DNA from: an uncultured virus (IMG/VR IMGVR_UViG_3300047474_000681)
Lineage: Duplodnaviria; Heunggongvirae; Uroviricota; Caudoviricetes
Reading direction: 5' to 3' (one strand)
DNA length: 60,264 nucleotides
Virus record (IMG/VR): IMGVR_UViG_3300047474_000681
Part shown: positions 19,353 through 29,574 of the stretch, piece by piece
How positions within the stretch are numbered: the stretch's first letter is position 1
How the letters are laid out: each line of letters starts with the position of its first letter
Translations under genes and position numbers: made by a program
The notes under the pieces: model-generated
What the model saw: only the letters and a program-made list of their open reading frames with translations
Database searches by the model: none
What the model was told of the DNA's origin: nothing

Positions 19353-19782
19353 GGAGATTTATAGTTTGAAATACAGTTTCTAGTTTATTTAAATTAACTC
19401 TACTTTGTAAAGTATTACGTAGTCCATGATGTAACGGTTTTGGCCACTTAGTAAAACTACACCAAGCATAACCGTCGTGTTCGTTATTAAGGATAGGAAT
19501 AAATTCACAATGTATTACACAAAGATAAGTATGGAAATAAAATTTACTATCTGCACTTAAAAAACTTTCTAAAGGAAGTGTTTTTTTGATATCTGGCAAA
19601 AATCCTATTTCTTCTTCAATTTCTCGTTTAAGTCCTTCGAACGGAGTTTCAGCAGCTTCGTTAGTGCCTCCGACTAGTCCCCACATGTTATTACGTTTGC
19701 CGTTAGCTCTATGCAGGAAAAGAAATCTATTAGTATCTAATGTGTAAAATAATGCTCCACTACATGTAATCATATCTGTCAT
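19342..19782 (-). CDS. NUDIX hydrolase
   Basis: WGLVGGTNEAAETPFEGLKREIEEEIG Nudix box; EHDGYAW. Confidence 0.88.
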   Translation of the reverse strand: MTDMITCSGALFYTLDTNRFLFLHRANGKRNNMWGLVGGTNEAAETPFEGLKREIEEEIGFLPDIKKTLPLESFLSADSKFYFHTYLCVIHCEFIPILNNEHDGYAWCSFTKWPKPLHHGLRNTLQSRVNLNKLETVFQTINLLDK

Positions 19783-19790
19783 ACATATAG

Positions 19791-21203
19791 TTAGCCAGTT
19801 AAGTCAATCCTCCATGTACCAACTGGATAATCTCCATCTACTGACTTTAACCATTCATCATCTTTATATCTATATTGTGTACTAGTATTAAGATTTGTAG
19901 TATATACTGTTTCTGTAGATTCACTAGCATCAAATACAATTGACCAATTGTTGCCGTCCCATTCTATAATGTCGTTTGCACTAGCAAAAAATCCTGTGCT
20001 ATCACTATTTTTCCATGCTGCTGGATATTCTGTTGCATCTGGGCTACTTAAATTGTCTAGTAGTAATAAGCGTAAGCCAGGTGTTTTAATAGATGTAGGA
20101 TTGTAATTTAACGGATTAATAATATAATCAATACTAGTTCTACCAGCAATAATAGTGTCTGATGGAAAACTATCATCATCCCAATTTACGTTAATTATAG
20201 TTTCATCAAACGGATTAAGGGTAAATGTGCCAGTTGCTGTACTATCATTATCAATGCTTCTAAAGAATACTCTAGCTACATCCGCAGCATATGTTCCTGG
20301 AAGTGCTATAAATATTTCTCTCCAGTTTTTAACTCCAACGGCTCCATTTGATACTAATCTTACAGTATCTCCGTCTACGTATGCACCAAATGTATTAAAG
20401 TTTACGTTAGCTGCCTCTTTTGAAATATCAGTATTTGCTTTACGACCAAATCCAGTTTCTACTGTACCAGGCTTAGCAAAGTCATCGTATTGGTTTATTT
20501 GAGGAGCACTTATACCAGTGTCAATATCACCTCTTGACTCGTCAAACATTGAAGTAATAACATTTGTAATGACGCCCATTTTTTTAACTTTAGTAGGCGG
20601 ACTAATATATATTGGAATACTAAACGTAAGTGTTGCTATATCAATTTCACTATCAACACCTACAGGAATACTTCGATTAGACCATGTTACATTTTCTAAA
20701 TTTACAACAGTTATACTAGTCCAGTCGATAAAGTTATCAGTAGTTTGCATTTCTAAACTAGGATTAAATAATACTAGTATTTGCTCTAGTAGTTGTAGTT
20801 TTTGATCAGTATTACTTGCCCAAATATCTGCATTTAATCGCATCATATAAGGAGTTGGAATTAATCTTTCAACTGTATAGTTTTTGCCTTGATAGTTAAG
20901 ATATTCTTCGTTTTCTGTATCATATGCACGTTCCCTTATATTTGTTTTGCGTGTATAAGTAGCATCAGCTAAACGATCTTTATCAAGTTCTAATCCAGTT
21001 AGGTATACAGCTATTCTAGGAACAGTTGGAAGTTTGTTTTCACTATTTTCTCTAATAATACTTGCTACTTGCCTAGTTAAATCTCCGTATGTTACTGGTA
21101 CGTCTTTAATTGTACCCTTACCATCTTTTACTGGAAAGTTACTTAGTATACGCATCATTTGCGTAGTGTATCTTCTTATTTGGCCGTCGTAAAAATGTAA
21201 CAT
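19791..21203 (-). CDS. Tail completion/sheath stabiliser (T4 gp15-like) with C-terminal extension
   Basis: FYDGQIRRY...SNF...VPVTYG and QLLEQILVLFNP resemble gp15. Confidence 0.7.
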   Translation of the reverse strand: MLHFYDGQIRRYTTQMMRILSNFPVKDGKGTIKDVPVTYGDLTRQVASIIRENSENKLPTVPRIAVYLTGLELDKDRLADATYTRKTNIRERAYDTENEEYLNYQGKNYTVERLIPTPYMMRLNADIWASNTDQKLQLLEQILVLFNPSLEMQTTDNFIDWTSITVVNLENVTWSNRSIPVGVDSEIDIATLTFSIPIYISPPTKVKKMGVITNVITSMFDESRGDIDTGISAPQINQYDDFAKPGTVETGFGRKANTDISKEAANVNFNTFGAYVDGDTVRLVSNGAVGVKNWREIFIALPGTYAADVARVFFRSIDNDSTATGTFTLNPFDETIINVNWDDDSFPSDTIIAGRTSIDYIINPLNYNPTSIKTPGLRLLLLDNLSSPDATEYPAAWKNSDSTGFFASANDIIEWDGNNWSIVFDASESTETVYTTNLNTSTQYRYKDDEWLKSVDGDYPVGTWRIDLTG

Positions 21204-22375
21204 TAATTATCCGCCGTTGGTTTTTTTGGCCTAAGCGCCTTTGATAGACTTTGTCTTTCTTCAACTTGTTCGCCGTCTATATTATTTGTTGCAGTATTGT
21301 TAATAAACGAGGACTTGTAAGTTCTGCGTTCTAGTGTATTGCTTAGATCCATTCTTAAATTGTCTTCTATCTTTATCCAACGTAAGCCGTCAAATTTAAA
21401 CATTCTATTTGGAAAAAAATCTGTACGCAAAAAATAATCTCCGTCTGCATTATCTCTAGGAAATTGTATACCAAAGCCAAATGGAGAACCATTTGGCGCA
21501 TTGCCGTCGCCGTAGTTAACAAGGTATCCTGAATATCCTGCTCTATCAGGCCTATCTGCTATTTCATCTGCATTAATATTAATATTACTTGCATCTAAGT
21601 CAGTTTCATCTGCTGTTTGTAATGCAATATTGCCGTTATCGTCGGTTGCTATAGAATAATAATGACTAGTGTCAAAACCACTCTTAGGAGCGTCTGCTTC
21701 TGCTTGTGCAACTACTGCACTATTAATTTGCATTTCTTTTTCATAGGTAGATAATACATCTCTTAGTGTTGTATCAGAATCTTCTGATACAGGAAGATCA
21801 AGTATTTCTGCATATTCTTGACCATCATAAATTTGTTTTAATTTTAGTCTATATAAATGTGGATACCATGTTTGACTAAATCCTTCTGCGGCTCTGTTTA
21901 CATCCTCTACAACATAAAACCGTTTAAGTGAAACATCGTAGTCATTTAATGCATATTCGTCTTTTAAATGCGGCAATTCAATTACATCGCCACTCATAAT
22001 CTTTCTGCCTAATGTCTTTACACTGCTATTAATTGGTATAGTCATAAACAATGTATCATTACTTAAAAATAATCCAAATTGTGATAGATCAAAATCAATA
22101 TCTTGTACATTATAAATGCCGCGCATTGTATAAACATCAGGATCGTATTTTCTATCTCTATTTTCTAAGAATAACAAATCTTGTATATTTGTTTCTTTTA
22201 CAGCATCGTACTCGGGTTGTACAGCACTACGGTCATCTTCACTAGGTGCATCAGTACCTAAGTATTTGTGTATGTTAATATCGGTGCCGCCAATGGTAAA
22301 CATTTCTTGGATTTGCTTATCCAAAAAGTAATAGTCATTGCCGCGTTCGGGTTTATATAATGATAGTCTTGGCAT
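21203..22375 (-). CDS. Neck/head-closure protein (T4 gp14-like)
   Basis: LSQFGL, GDVIELP motifs; adjacent to the gp13- and gp15-like genes; start reassigned to ATG 22375. Confidence 0.6.
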   Translation of the reverse strand: MPRLSLYKPERGNDYYFLDKQIQEMFTIGGTDINIHKYLGTDAPSEDDRSAVQPEYDAVKETNIQDLLFLENRDRKYDPDVYTMRGIYNVQDIDFDLSQFGLFLSNDTLFMTIPINSSVKTLGRKIMSGDVIELPHLKDEYALNDYDVSLKRFYVVEDVNRAAEGFSQTWYPHLYRLKLKQIYDGQEYAEILDLPVSEDSDTTLRDVLSTYEKEMQINSAVVAQAEADAPKSGFDTSHYYSIATDDNGNIALQTADETDLDASNININADEIADRPDRAGYSGYLVNYGDGNAPNGSPFGFGIQFPRDNADGDYFLRTDFFPNRMFKFDGLRWIKIEDNLRMDLSNTLERRTYKSSFINNTATNNIDGEQVEERQSLSKALRPKKPTADN

Positions 22376-22380
22376 ATACA

Positions 22381-22402
22381 TATTTATCGCCAACGATAAA
22401 TA
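22381..22402. promoter_or_regulatory. Divergent late promoter pair forming a perfect 9-bp inverted repeat
   Basis: TATTTATCG-CCAA-CGATAAATA. Confidence 0.75.
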
Positions 22403-22419
22403 CTATTGGAGAAACTCAT

Positions 22420-23178
22420 ATGGCAGATTTAGCAACACAAAAACAAGAAGTATTTGATTATGTTAATACTTTCCTCGGTGGAGGAATGGTAGACGTTGAA
22501 TTAGATCCTATTCATTATCAAACTGCATTAACTAAAGCATTAACAAAATTCAGACAGCGCAGTGATAATAGTGTTGAAGAATCGTATATGTTTTTAACAA
22601 CAGTAGTAGATCAAAACGAATACGTACTACCAAATGAAGTAATTGAAGTGCGTAAACTATTCCGCAGGAGTATTGGTTCAAGAACCGGCGGCGGAGACGG
22701 CGGTAGTATGTTTGAACCGTTCAATTTAGCTTACACAAATACATATCTATTGTCTAGTAGTAAAATGGGTGGATTAGCAACATACGATTTATTTTCACAA
22801 CATCAAGAACTAGTAGGTAGAATGTTTGGTTCATTTATTGAATTTAAATGGAATACTACAACTAAAAAATTAACACTATTACAACGTCCAAGGGCCGAAG
22901 AAGAATTGTTACTATATGTTTACAATTATCGTCCTGATGCAGAATTACTTAGCGATTATCTAGCTGTGCAATGGATTAAAGATTATACATTAGCAGCCTG
23001 TAAATATATGCTAGGAGAAGCACGTAGTAAGTTTGCTACTGTTGCAGGACCACAAGGCGGCTCAACACTTAATGGTGATGCACTAAAAGCCGAAGCGCAA
23101 GCTGAAATGGAAAAATTAGAATCTGAACTATCACTGCAAGTAGGCGGTGGTGTTGGTTACGGTTTTTTAATTGGATAA
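22420..23178 (+). CDS. Neck protein (T4 gp13-like)
   Basis: LGGGMVDVEL, WIKDYTLAACKYMLGEARSKF, GG.TLNGDAL; SD GGAGA. Confidence 0.7.
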   Translation: MADLATQKQEVFDYVNTFLGGGMVDVELDPIHYQTALTKALTKFRQRSDNSVEESYMFLTTVVDQNEYVLPNEVIEVRKLFRRSIGSRTGGGDGGSMFEPFNLAYTNTYLLSSSKMGGLATYDLFSQHQELVGRMFGSFIEFKWNTTTKKLTLLQRPRAEEELLLYVYNYRPDAELLSDYLAVQWIKDYTLAACKYMLGEARSKFATVAGPQGGSTLNGDALKAEAQAEMEKLESELSLQVGGGVGYGFLIG

Positions 23179-23184
23179 AAACAC

Positions 23185-23213
23185 TTGACAATATATTAAA
23201 TTTTTGTTATAAT
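23185..23213 (+). promoter_or_regulatory. Consensus sigma70 promoter
   Basis: TTGACA-17-TATAAT; the downstream gene has SD GGAG. Confidence 0.8.
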
Positions 23214-23238
23214 ATAAATTATATTATGCGGAGATTTT

Positions 23239-23745
23239 ATGTTACCTAAATTATTAGTTATTGGTCATGGCAGGCATGGCAAAGACACAGTCTGTGAAAT
23301 ACTAGAAAAGAATTACGGTTACAGTTTTGAGAGCAGTAGTCGATTTTGTTCAAAACTTTTTATCTTTGATATGCTGAAAGACAAATACAAATACAAAGAT
23401 GAAGAAGAATGTTATGCAGATAGACATCATCATCGTAAAGAATGGTATGATGCTATTTGCGATTATAATGAAAGAGATGCAGCAACGTTAGGTAGAGAAA
23501 TATTCAAAGAACACGATATATATTGCGGACTGCGTAACAAACGTGAATTCTTTGCTATGAAAAATACTAATGTTTTTGATTATGCAATTTGGGTTGATAG
23601 ATCAGATCATTTACCGCCTGAATCAAAAGATTCAATGAGCTTAGAACAATGGATGGCTGATTTTACTATTGATAATAATAGAGATTTAGATCAATTAATG
23701 TTCAATACATATCAGTTAATAGAACATCTAAAAGTCCGGAGTTAA
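23239..23745 (+). CDS. Deoxynucleoside monophosphate kinase-like P-loop protein
   Basis: N-terminal GHGRHGKDT P-loop; DFTIDNN end motif like T4 gp1. Confidence 0.65.
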   Translation: MLPKLLVIGHGRHGKDTVCEILEKNYGYSFESSSRFCSKLFIFDMLKDKYKYKDEEECYADRHHHRKEWYDAICDYNERDAATLGREIFKEHDIYCGLRNKREFFAMKNTNVFDYAIWVDRSDHLPPESKDSMSLEQWMADFTIDNNRDLDQLMFNTYQLIEHLKVRS

Positions 23746-24063
23746 ATCTCCTTGCTTCCAACGTATACCTTCTTTTTGCACAATACGTTGACAATTAGCG
23801 CATATAGTTTTTAAATTATTTGGTCTACAATTTTCTAAATTACCGTCAACATGAAATACATTGAATTGTTCTGAATGCTTAGATTTAAATCCGCATTTTT
23901 CACATACATTTTTTTTAACATATCCGCGCTGTTCCCATAAAGGAATACCGTGTCCTGCACCGTTGCGTAAACATTGTTCGCACTTTTTACGGTAGTATGT
24001 TTTGCCATCTTTCTTGTAATTAATAGCAGCCGGTCTTTTACCGCATACACATAAAGGTCTCAT
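23728..24063 (-). CDS. Zn-binding HNH-like protein
   Basis: CxCG, CxxC, CEKCGF...HVDGN..N....NLKTICANC. Confidence 0.7.
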   Translation of the reverse strand: MRPLCVCGKRPAAINYKKDGKTYYRKKCEQCLRNGAGHGIPLWEQRGYVKKNVCEKCGFKSKHSEQFNVFHVDGNLENCRPNNLKTICANCQRIVQKEGIRWKQGDLTPDF

Positions 24064-24178
24064 ACTGTATTTAGCTCACCTTTTTGGTACCTTTTTTAGG
24101 TGTGTATTGCAGGTGTTTTATTAATTAAATGGTAAATATACATATAGAACAACTAGTCATCCAAATAGGAGAAATAAC

Positions 24179-27100
24179 ATGGCATTAGTATCACCAGGCG
24201 TAGAAGTCAGTGTAATTGACGAATCATTCTACACCCCAGCAGCTGGCGGCACTGTACCTATGATTTTTGTAGCAACTGCTAGTAATAAACTTTCAAGCAG
24301 TGGCACAGGAACAGCATCAGGTACAACAAAGGCAAACGCTGGTAAACCTTACTTAATCACCAGTCAGCGAGAGCTTGGTGAAACATTTGGCGATCCACTA
24401 TTTTATAGTGACGCTTCAGGCAATATGATTCACGGCGGAGAGCTTAACGAATACGGATTACAAGCTGCTTATTCATCATTAGGCGTTTCAAATCGTGCAT
24501 ATGTAGTTAGAGCAGATATTGACTTAGCTGAATTAGAAGCAAGTGCAACAGCCCCAGGTGGCGCACCAGCAGACGGTGCATGGTGGTTAGACACGCTTGC
24601 AAGTGAATTTGGTATTTTAGAATGGAACGGCGCCGCAATTACAACTGTAGGCGGACAAACGTTTTCAAGCAAAACACACATTGCTATTACATCAAGCGAT
24701 GACTTAGATGGTAGTGATTTACCTAAACAATCAATTGGTGCTATTGGAGACTATGCTATTGATCATTCAAGCAATGATAATAGAGTATTTTATAAGTCAC
24801 CAGGTTACGGTGCATCACAAGCAACAAGAACAGCAAATGCAGGCAAATGGGTTGCACTCGGAAGTAACGAATGGGCAGATAGTTATCCAGCAGCAACAGG
24901 CACCAATGCGCCGGGAGCAGTTGATGCTACACATACAATTGTACTAAATGGTGTTTCAGTCGTTGCTGGCGGTACAACATTTACTGATGTGGTTGCAGCA
25001 ATTAATGCAGCGGCAGTAACAGGCATAAATGCTGCACTAATTGATAGCAGAATTAAAATTTATGTAGATGCTACAGCAATTGATGATGAAGGCGGTTCGG
25101 GCACTACAGCTACAGGAACAGTTTCTATTGCAGAAGGCAGCGGAACACTAGTAGCAAACTTAGGTTTAACAGCTGGAACATACTCTGCACCAAGAGTGCA
25201 AATTGCTCCACACACAAGCGTACCAACTTTTAAGTCTTCAGACACATCACCTGCACCATCAGGCAGTGTTTGGCTTAAAACTACACAACCAAACGGCGGC
25301 GCAAACATTAGTGTAAAACAATATTCAGCAGCAGGAGCTGTTTGGAACAAAGTTGTAACACCAATTTTTAGTAGACCTGAGCAAGCAATTTACGGTTTAG
25401 ATCCAACAGGTGGCGGAACAAACATTACTGTTGATTCTTTGTTTGCAGATGTTAATGTTAACGGTACTACACCACCAATTGCAGATTTTAAAATATACCG
25501 TAGAAGTGCAATTGGAGCAACTGTAATTACTAGCTCTAAAGTTACATCAACAGGTATTGCAGCAGCTACATATACATTTACTATTGCAGAAACAACAGCA
25601 GCTTCAGCTAGTAAAACATCACCAGTTACAGTAAGCGTTACAACTGCTGCTGACATTGCTGATGCAGATACATTAGCTGGCCAAATTAACGCAGCAGGAT
25701 TAACAAATGTTATTGCTGTAGTTGATGCACAAAATCGAGTACAGATTTCACACAAACTAGGCGGTGAAATTGACTTAGTTGACACTGACGGTGGCTTAGA
25801 ACTATTTGGCTTTAGTGCAAGTGCTGGTGGAACAACTAACTTGTATTTTGCTCCAGGCACAACAGCAGCTACATCACCAAAGCAGTTTGTAGCTTCAAAC
25901 TGGGCACCATTAACTTATACTGCTTCAAACAGCGCACCATTGAGCTTAACAGCACAAGGCGCACTATGGTACAATTCAATTGTTGATGAAGTTGACATTA
26001 TGGTACACAATGGTGATACTTGGGTAGGTCTTGCATATGACGGAGCGTCAGGTGAAAGCTCAATTGCAAGTCCGTTTAGTGGTACAGATCCACAAGGTCC
26101 AATTGTATCAGCAGCTGAACCAACAACGCAAGCAGACGGTGCATCAGCACTAGTAACAGGCGACATTTGGGTAAGCACAGCAAGTGTTGAAGACTATCCA
26201 ATAATTTACAAATATAATGCAACTATTGCTGCAACAGGAGCAAGTGGTTGGATTTTAGTTGATAACTCAGACCAAACTACTGAAGATGGAATTTTGTTTG
26301 GTGATGCTCGCTACGGTGACACAGGTGGTACAACATTAGTTGCACCAAGTGCAACTATTTCAGAAATGGTTACTAGCGATTATTTAGATCCAGATGCTCC
26401 AGATCCAGCATTATATCCAAGAGGTATGTTGCTATGGAACACACGTAGAAGTGGCTTCAATGTTAAGCGTTTTGAGCGTAACTACGTAGATACTAACGGA
26501 ACTAACGGACGTTACGGAGACCTAAGTACAACTAATTATTATCCACATCGTTGGGTAACAGACTCAGGCAATAACGAAGACGGTTCAGGAACATTTGGTC
26601 GTCATGCACAACGCAAGAGTGTTGTACAAGCGTTACAAGCACTAGTAAACAGTAACCAAGAAATACGTGACGAAGAATCACGTCAGTTTAACTTAATGGC
26701 AGCGCCAGGTTATCCTGAACTAATTGGTGAAATGATTACACTAAACACGGATAGACGTTTAACATCGTTTGTAGTTGGTGACACACCATTCCGTTTAACA
26801 CCAGATGCAACTTCATTAAATGAATGGGCATCAAACGTTAGACTTGCTGTTGAAGATAACGACAATGGTGCAGTGAGCTTTGACGAGTATATGGCTATGT
26901 ATTACGGTGCAGGCTTTACAAGTGACAACTTTGGTAACAACATTGTTGTTCCTCCAAGTCATATGGCACTACGTACTATTATACTTAACGACCAAGTTGC
27001 GTTCCCCTGGTTTGCTCCAGCAGGTACAAGACGCGGTGGCGTAAGCAACGCAACAAGCTCGGGTTATATTAATAACGAAGGAGAGTTTGTTTCAGTAGCA

Positions 27101-27541
27101 CTAAACACAGGACAGCGTGATACACTATATTCAAATAAAATTAATCCAATTACATTCTTAAGTGGTGCAGGATTAGTAGTATTTGGACAAAAGACTCGTG
27201 CAAGAAACGCAAGTGCATTGGATAGAGTTAACGTAGCACGTTTAACTGTTTACTTACGTGGACAACTTGAACTATTGGCAAAACCATACTTGTTTGAACC
27301 AAATGACAAGATTACACGTGACCAAATTAAAGCAGCAGCAGACGCACTGTTATTAGAATTGGTAGCACTAAGAGCTGTTTACGATTACTTAGTTGTATGT
27401 GACGAATCAAACAACACAGCAGCTAGAATTGATCGTAACGAGCTTTATTTAGACGTAGCTATTGAACCAGTTAAGGCGATTGAATTTATTTACATTCCGC
27501 TAAGACTTAAGAATACTGGGGAGATTGCTGCACTAGGATAA
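24179..27541 (+). CDS. gp18: Contractile tail sheath protein (gp18-like), enlarged
   Basis: MALVSPGVEVSVIDES start, PWFAPAG..RG, LY..KINPI, FGQKT, DRVNVARL, FEPND, IEPVKAIEFIYI. Confidence 0.95.
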   Translation: MALVSPGVEVSVIDESFYTPAAGGTVPMIFVATASNKLSSSGTGTASGTTKANAGKPYLITSQRELGETFGDPLFYSDASGNMIHGGELNEYGLQAAYSSLGVSNRAYVVRADIDLAELEASATAPGGAPADGAWWLDTLASEFGILEWNGAAITTVGGQTFSSKTHIAITSSDDLDGSDLPKQSIGAIGDYAIDHSSNDNRVFYKSPGYGASQATRTANAGKWVALGSNEWADSYPAATGTNAPGAVDATHTIVLNGVSVVAGGTTFTDVVAAINAAAVTGINAALIDSRIKIYVDATAIDDEGGSGTTATGTVSIAEGSGTLVANLGLTAGTYSAPRVQIAPHTSVPTFKSSDTSPAPSGSVWLKTTQPNGGANISVKQYSAAGAVWNKVVTPIFSRPEQAIYGLDPTGGGTNITVDSLFADVNVNGTTPPIADFKIYRRSAIGATVITSSKVTSTGIAAATYTFTIAETTAASASKTSPVTVSVTTAADIADADTLAGQINAAGLTNVIAVVDAQNRVQISHKLGGEIDLVDTDGGLELFGFSASAGGTTNLYFAPGTTAATSPKQFVASNWAPLTYTASNSAPLSLTAQGALWYNSIVDEVDIMVHNGDTWVGLAYDGASGESSIASPFSGTDPQGPIVSAAEPTTQADGASALVTGDIWVSTASVEDYPIIYKYNATIAATGASGWILVDNSDQTTEDGILFGDARYGDTGGTTLVAPSATISEMVTSDYLDPDAPDPALYPRGMLLWNTRRSGFNVKRFERNYVDTNGTNGRYGDLSTTNYYPHRWVTDSGNNEDGSGTFGRHAQRKSVVQALQALVNSNQEIRDEESRQFNLMAAPGYPELIGEMITLNTDRRLTSFVVGDTPFRLTPDATSLNEWASNVRLAVEDNDNGAVSFDEYMAMYYGAGFTSDNFGNNIVVPPSHMALRTIILNDQVAFPWFAPAGTRRGGVSNATSSGYINNEGEFVSVALNTGQRDTLYSNKINPITFLSGAGLVVFGQKTRARNASALDRVNVARLTVYLRGQLELLAKPYLFEPNDKITRDQIKAAADALLLELVALRAVYDYLVVCDESNNTAARIDRNELYLDVAIEPVKAIEFIYIPLRLKNTGEIAALG

Positions 27542-27554
27542 TATGCGCACTTTA

Positions 27555-27592
27555 TGGGTGGATGAAATACTCCACCCAAAATAGCATAAATA
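27555..27592 (+). promoter_or_regulatory. Stem-loop after the sheath gene followed by late promoter ATAAATA
   Basis: TGGGTGGA-8 nt-TCCACCCA (27555-78); ATAAATA 27586-92. Confidence 0.6.
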
Positions 27593-27617
27593 CATGTGTA
27601 ACAGGAGATTATAAAAA

Positions 27618-28259
27618 ATGCCAATCACAACACTACAAAACATTAGTATTCCTACAGAGGGTGCTGGATCAAACTCATCTTTATTGATGCCTAAATTACA
27701 GTATCGTTTTAGAGTATTATTAGATAATTTTGGTACTACTGGTGGACCAGATGGTACAAGAGAAATTTCAAGACAAGTAGTAGACGTAACTCGTCCTAAC
27801 TTATCTTTTGAACAAATGACAATTGATGCTTACAACTCAAGAACATATCTTGCAGGTAAGCACACATGGGAACCAGTTACGCTTACATTGCGTGAAGATG
27901 CAAACAACAACGTACAAAAAATTGTTGGTCAGCAACTTCAAAGACAGTTTGACTTCTTTGAGCAGCAAAGTGCTGTATCAAGTGGTTCGTACAAATTCCA
28001 AACTAGAATTGAAATTCTAGACGGTGGTAATGGTACAGACGGAGCAAATGTAATTGATAGATTCCAACTAGTAGGTTGTTATATCGAATCAGCAAACTAC
28101 AATACATTAGCATATGCTACTAGTGATGCAGTAACTACTTCATTAACAATCCGTTATGATAATGCTGTACAATTTGGCGGCGATGATATTACTGGTATTG
28201 GTGAGTCTGTTGCACGAGCTACTACAGGCGCTATTGGCGGAACAACAGTTTCTAACTAA
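27618..28259 (+). CDS. gp19: Tail tube protein (gp19-like)
   Basis: Follows the sheath; PKLQYRFRV, YLAGKHTWEPVTLTLRE, LTIRYDNA. Confidence 0.85.
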   Translation: MPITTLQNISIPTEGAGSNSSLLMPKLQYRFRVLLDNFGTTGGPDGTREISRQVVDVTRPNLSFEQMTIDAYNSRTYLAGKHTWEPVTLTLREDANNNVQKIVGQQLQRQFDFFEQQSAVSSGSYKFQTRIEILDGGNGTDGANVIDRFQLVGCYIESANYNTLAYATSDAVTTSLTIRYDNAVQFGGDDITGIGESVARATTGAIGGTTVSN

Positions 28260-28284
28260 ACTAGTTTCAAAGATTGGCATTATA

Positions 28285-28324
28285 AAAAGCGAGGATTGGT
28301 TAACGTCAATCTTCGCTTTTCTTT
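28285..28324 (+). terminator. Rho-independent terminator
   Basis: AAAAGCGAGGATTG...CAATCTTCGCTTTT followed by CTTT. Confidence 0.7.
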
Positions 28325-28359
28325 ATATACGTACTTAATCTATAAGGATAAATATTTAT

Positions 28360-29574
28360 ATGAGTAGTATAGTAGACAGCTTCCTTTATAATTTTACTGC
28401 GGGCACACATTTGCGCGATGCGCAACATGCGCACAAGATTTATACCAATAGTAATTTTACTTTTGCACCTAAACAAAAGTACATGTATCATGTGGTATTT
28501 CAGCCAAATGCAGAAGTTGGCAATAGTGCAACTGCTAATTCTTTTCTTTTCCAAAAAGAATTAGGAATACTTGTAAAATCAACAGACTTACCTAGTTTTA
28601 GAGCAAGTGTAGAAAATAAACAACAATACAATAGAAAGAAAAACATTCAAACAAGATTAGATTATCAAGATATTAGAATGACATTGCATGATGATAATTT
28701 AGGTGCAGTACGTGCAATGCTTAAAGAATATTACAAATATTACTTTGCTGATGGTAACCGCAGTCCAACAGGATCACAAGCGGCATATTTGCCAAGAGAC
28801 AAGTATTTTGGTGATGTACCAAACTACGGTTTAAATAATAGAAAAAGAACTCCGTTTTTTAGTTATATAACAATATATCAACTAGCAAGAAGACAATGGT
28901 TTGCATATACATTATTAAATCCTTTACTGTCTGCTTGGGATCACGGCAATGTAGATAGCACTGATGGATCATTCAACGAAGCGTCAATGACAGTTGCATA
29001 CGAAGGCGTGTTATATAGTGAAGGGAAAGTAAGTCAAGATCCTATTGTAGGATTTGGTGATGCGGATGTTGGTTACGATGTAGAGAAGAGTCCATTAGGT
29101 ATTATTGATAATGGAATAGCCGGCGAATTTGGAGCAGGCGGATTATTACCTGCATTACTTGGAGCAGCAGTTAATGAGTTTCTCACCGGCGGATCAAATA
29201 CTGCTTCAAATTTTGCTTCTGCTGCTGCCGCCGGCGTTGTTAGTGCGGCTGTGGCTGCGGTCACTGGAGGCGGAAATGGTGTGTATAATGTTGATTCACA
29301 AGCCGATACTACAGTATCATCAGCTACTGAATCTAACTCTCCGCAACTTGATGCAGCAGCAATCATAGCAGCGTTAAATGATCCGGCAACAAAAGCATTA
29401 CTTACACCAGCTTTAATTAATACAGGTGTAATACCAAATGTTGATATTAATACATATAATAGTGCTACAGCAGTTGAAAAATCAGCAATAGATCAAAATC
29501 TAATTAATCTAATTCAAGGCGGGAATCTTTTATTAATCCAAACCGCTTCAAACGCACTAGCAGGAGTAGCTTAA
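28360..29574 (+). CDS. Tail-tube-fold baseplate/tube-initiator-like protein
   Basis: LVKSTDLPSF, QYNRK, DI.MTLHDD, MTVAYE resemble tube-family proteins; Ala/Gly-rich C-terminus. Confidence 0.55.
   Translation: MSSIVDSFLYNFTAGTHLRDAQHAHKIYTNSNFTFAPKQKYMYHVVFQPNAEVGNSATANSFLFQKELGILVKSTDLPSFRASVENKQQYNRKKNIQTRLDYQDIRMTLHDDNLGAVRAMLKEYYKYYFADGNRSPTGSQAAYLPRDKYFGDVPNYGLNNRKRTPFFSYITIYQLARRQWFAYTLLNPLLSAWDHGNVDSTDGSFNEASMTVAYEGVLYSEGKVSQDPIVGFGDADVGYDVEKSPLGIIDNGIAGEFGAGGLLPALLGAAVNEFLTGGSNTASNFASAAAAGVVSAAVAAVTGGGNGVYNVDSQADTTVSSATESNSPQLDAAAIIAALNDPATKALLTPALINTGVIPNVDINTYNSATAVEKSAIDQNLINLIQGGNLLLIQTASNALAGVA

Noticed and set aside
22360..22419. Longer starts in the ORF track (22360, 22393, 17039, 47739, 52131, 54669, 38624, 39321, 44857, 45723)
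   Set aside because: They overlap neighbouring genes or promoters; downstream ATGs fit SD, promoter spacing or translational coupling better
23728..24063. Mobile homing endonuclease
   Set aside because: Short, HNH motif partly degenerate, has its own late promoter and does not interrupt a gene; treated as a resident gene
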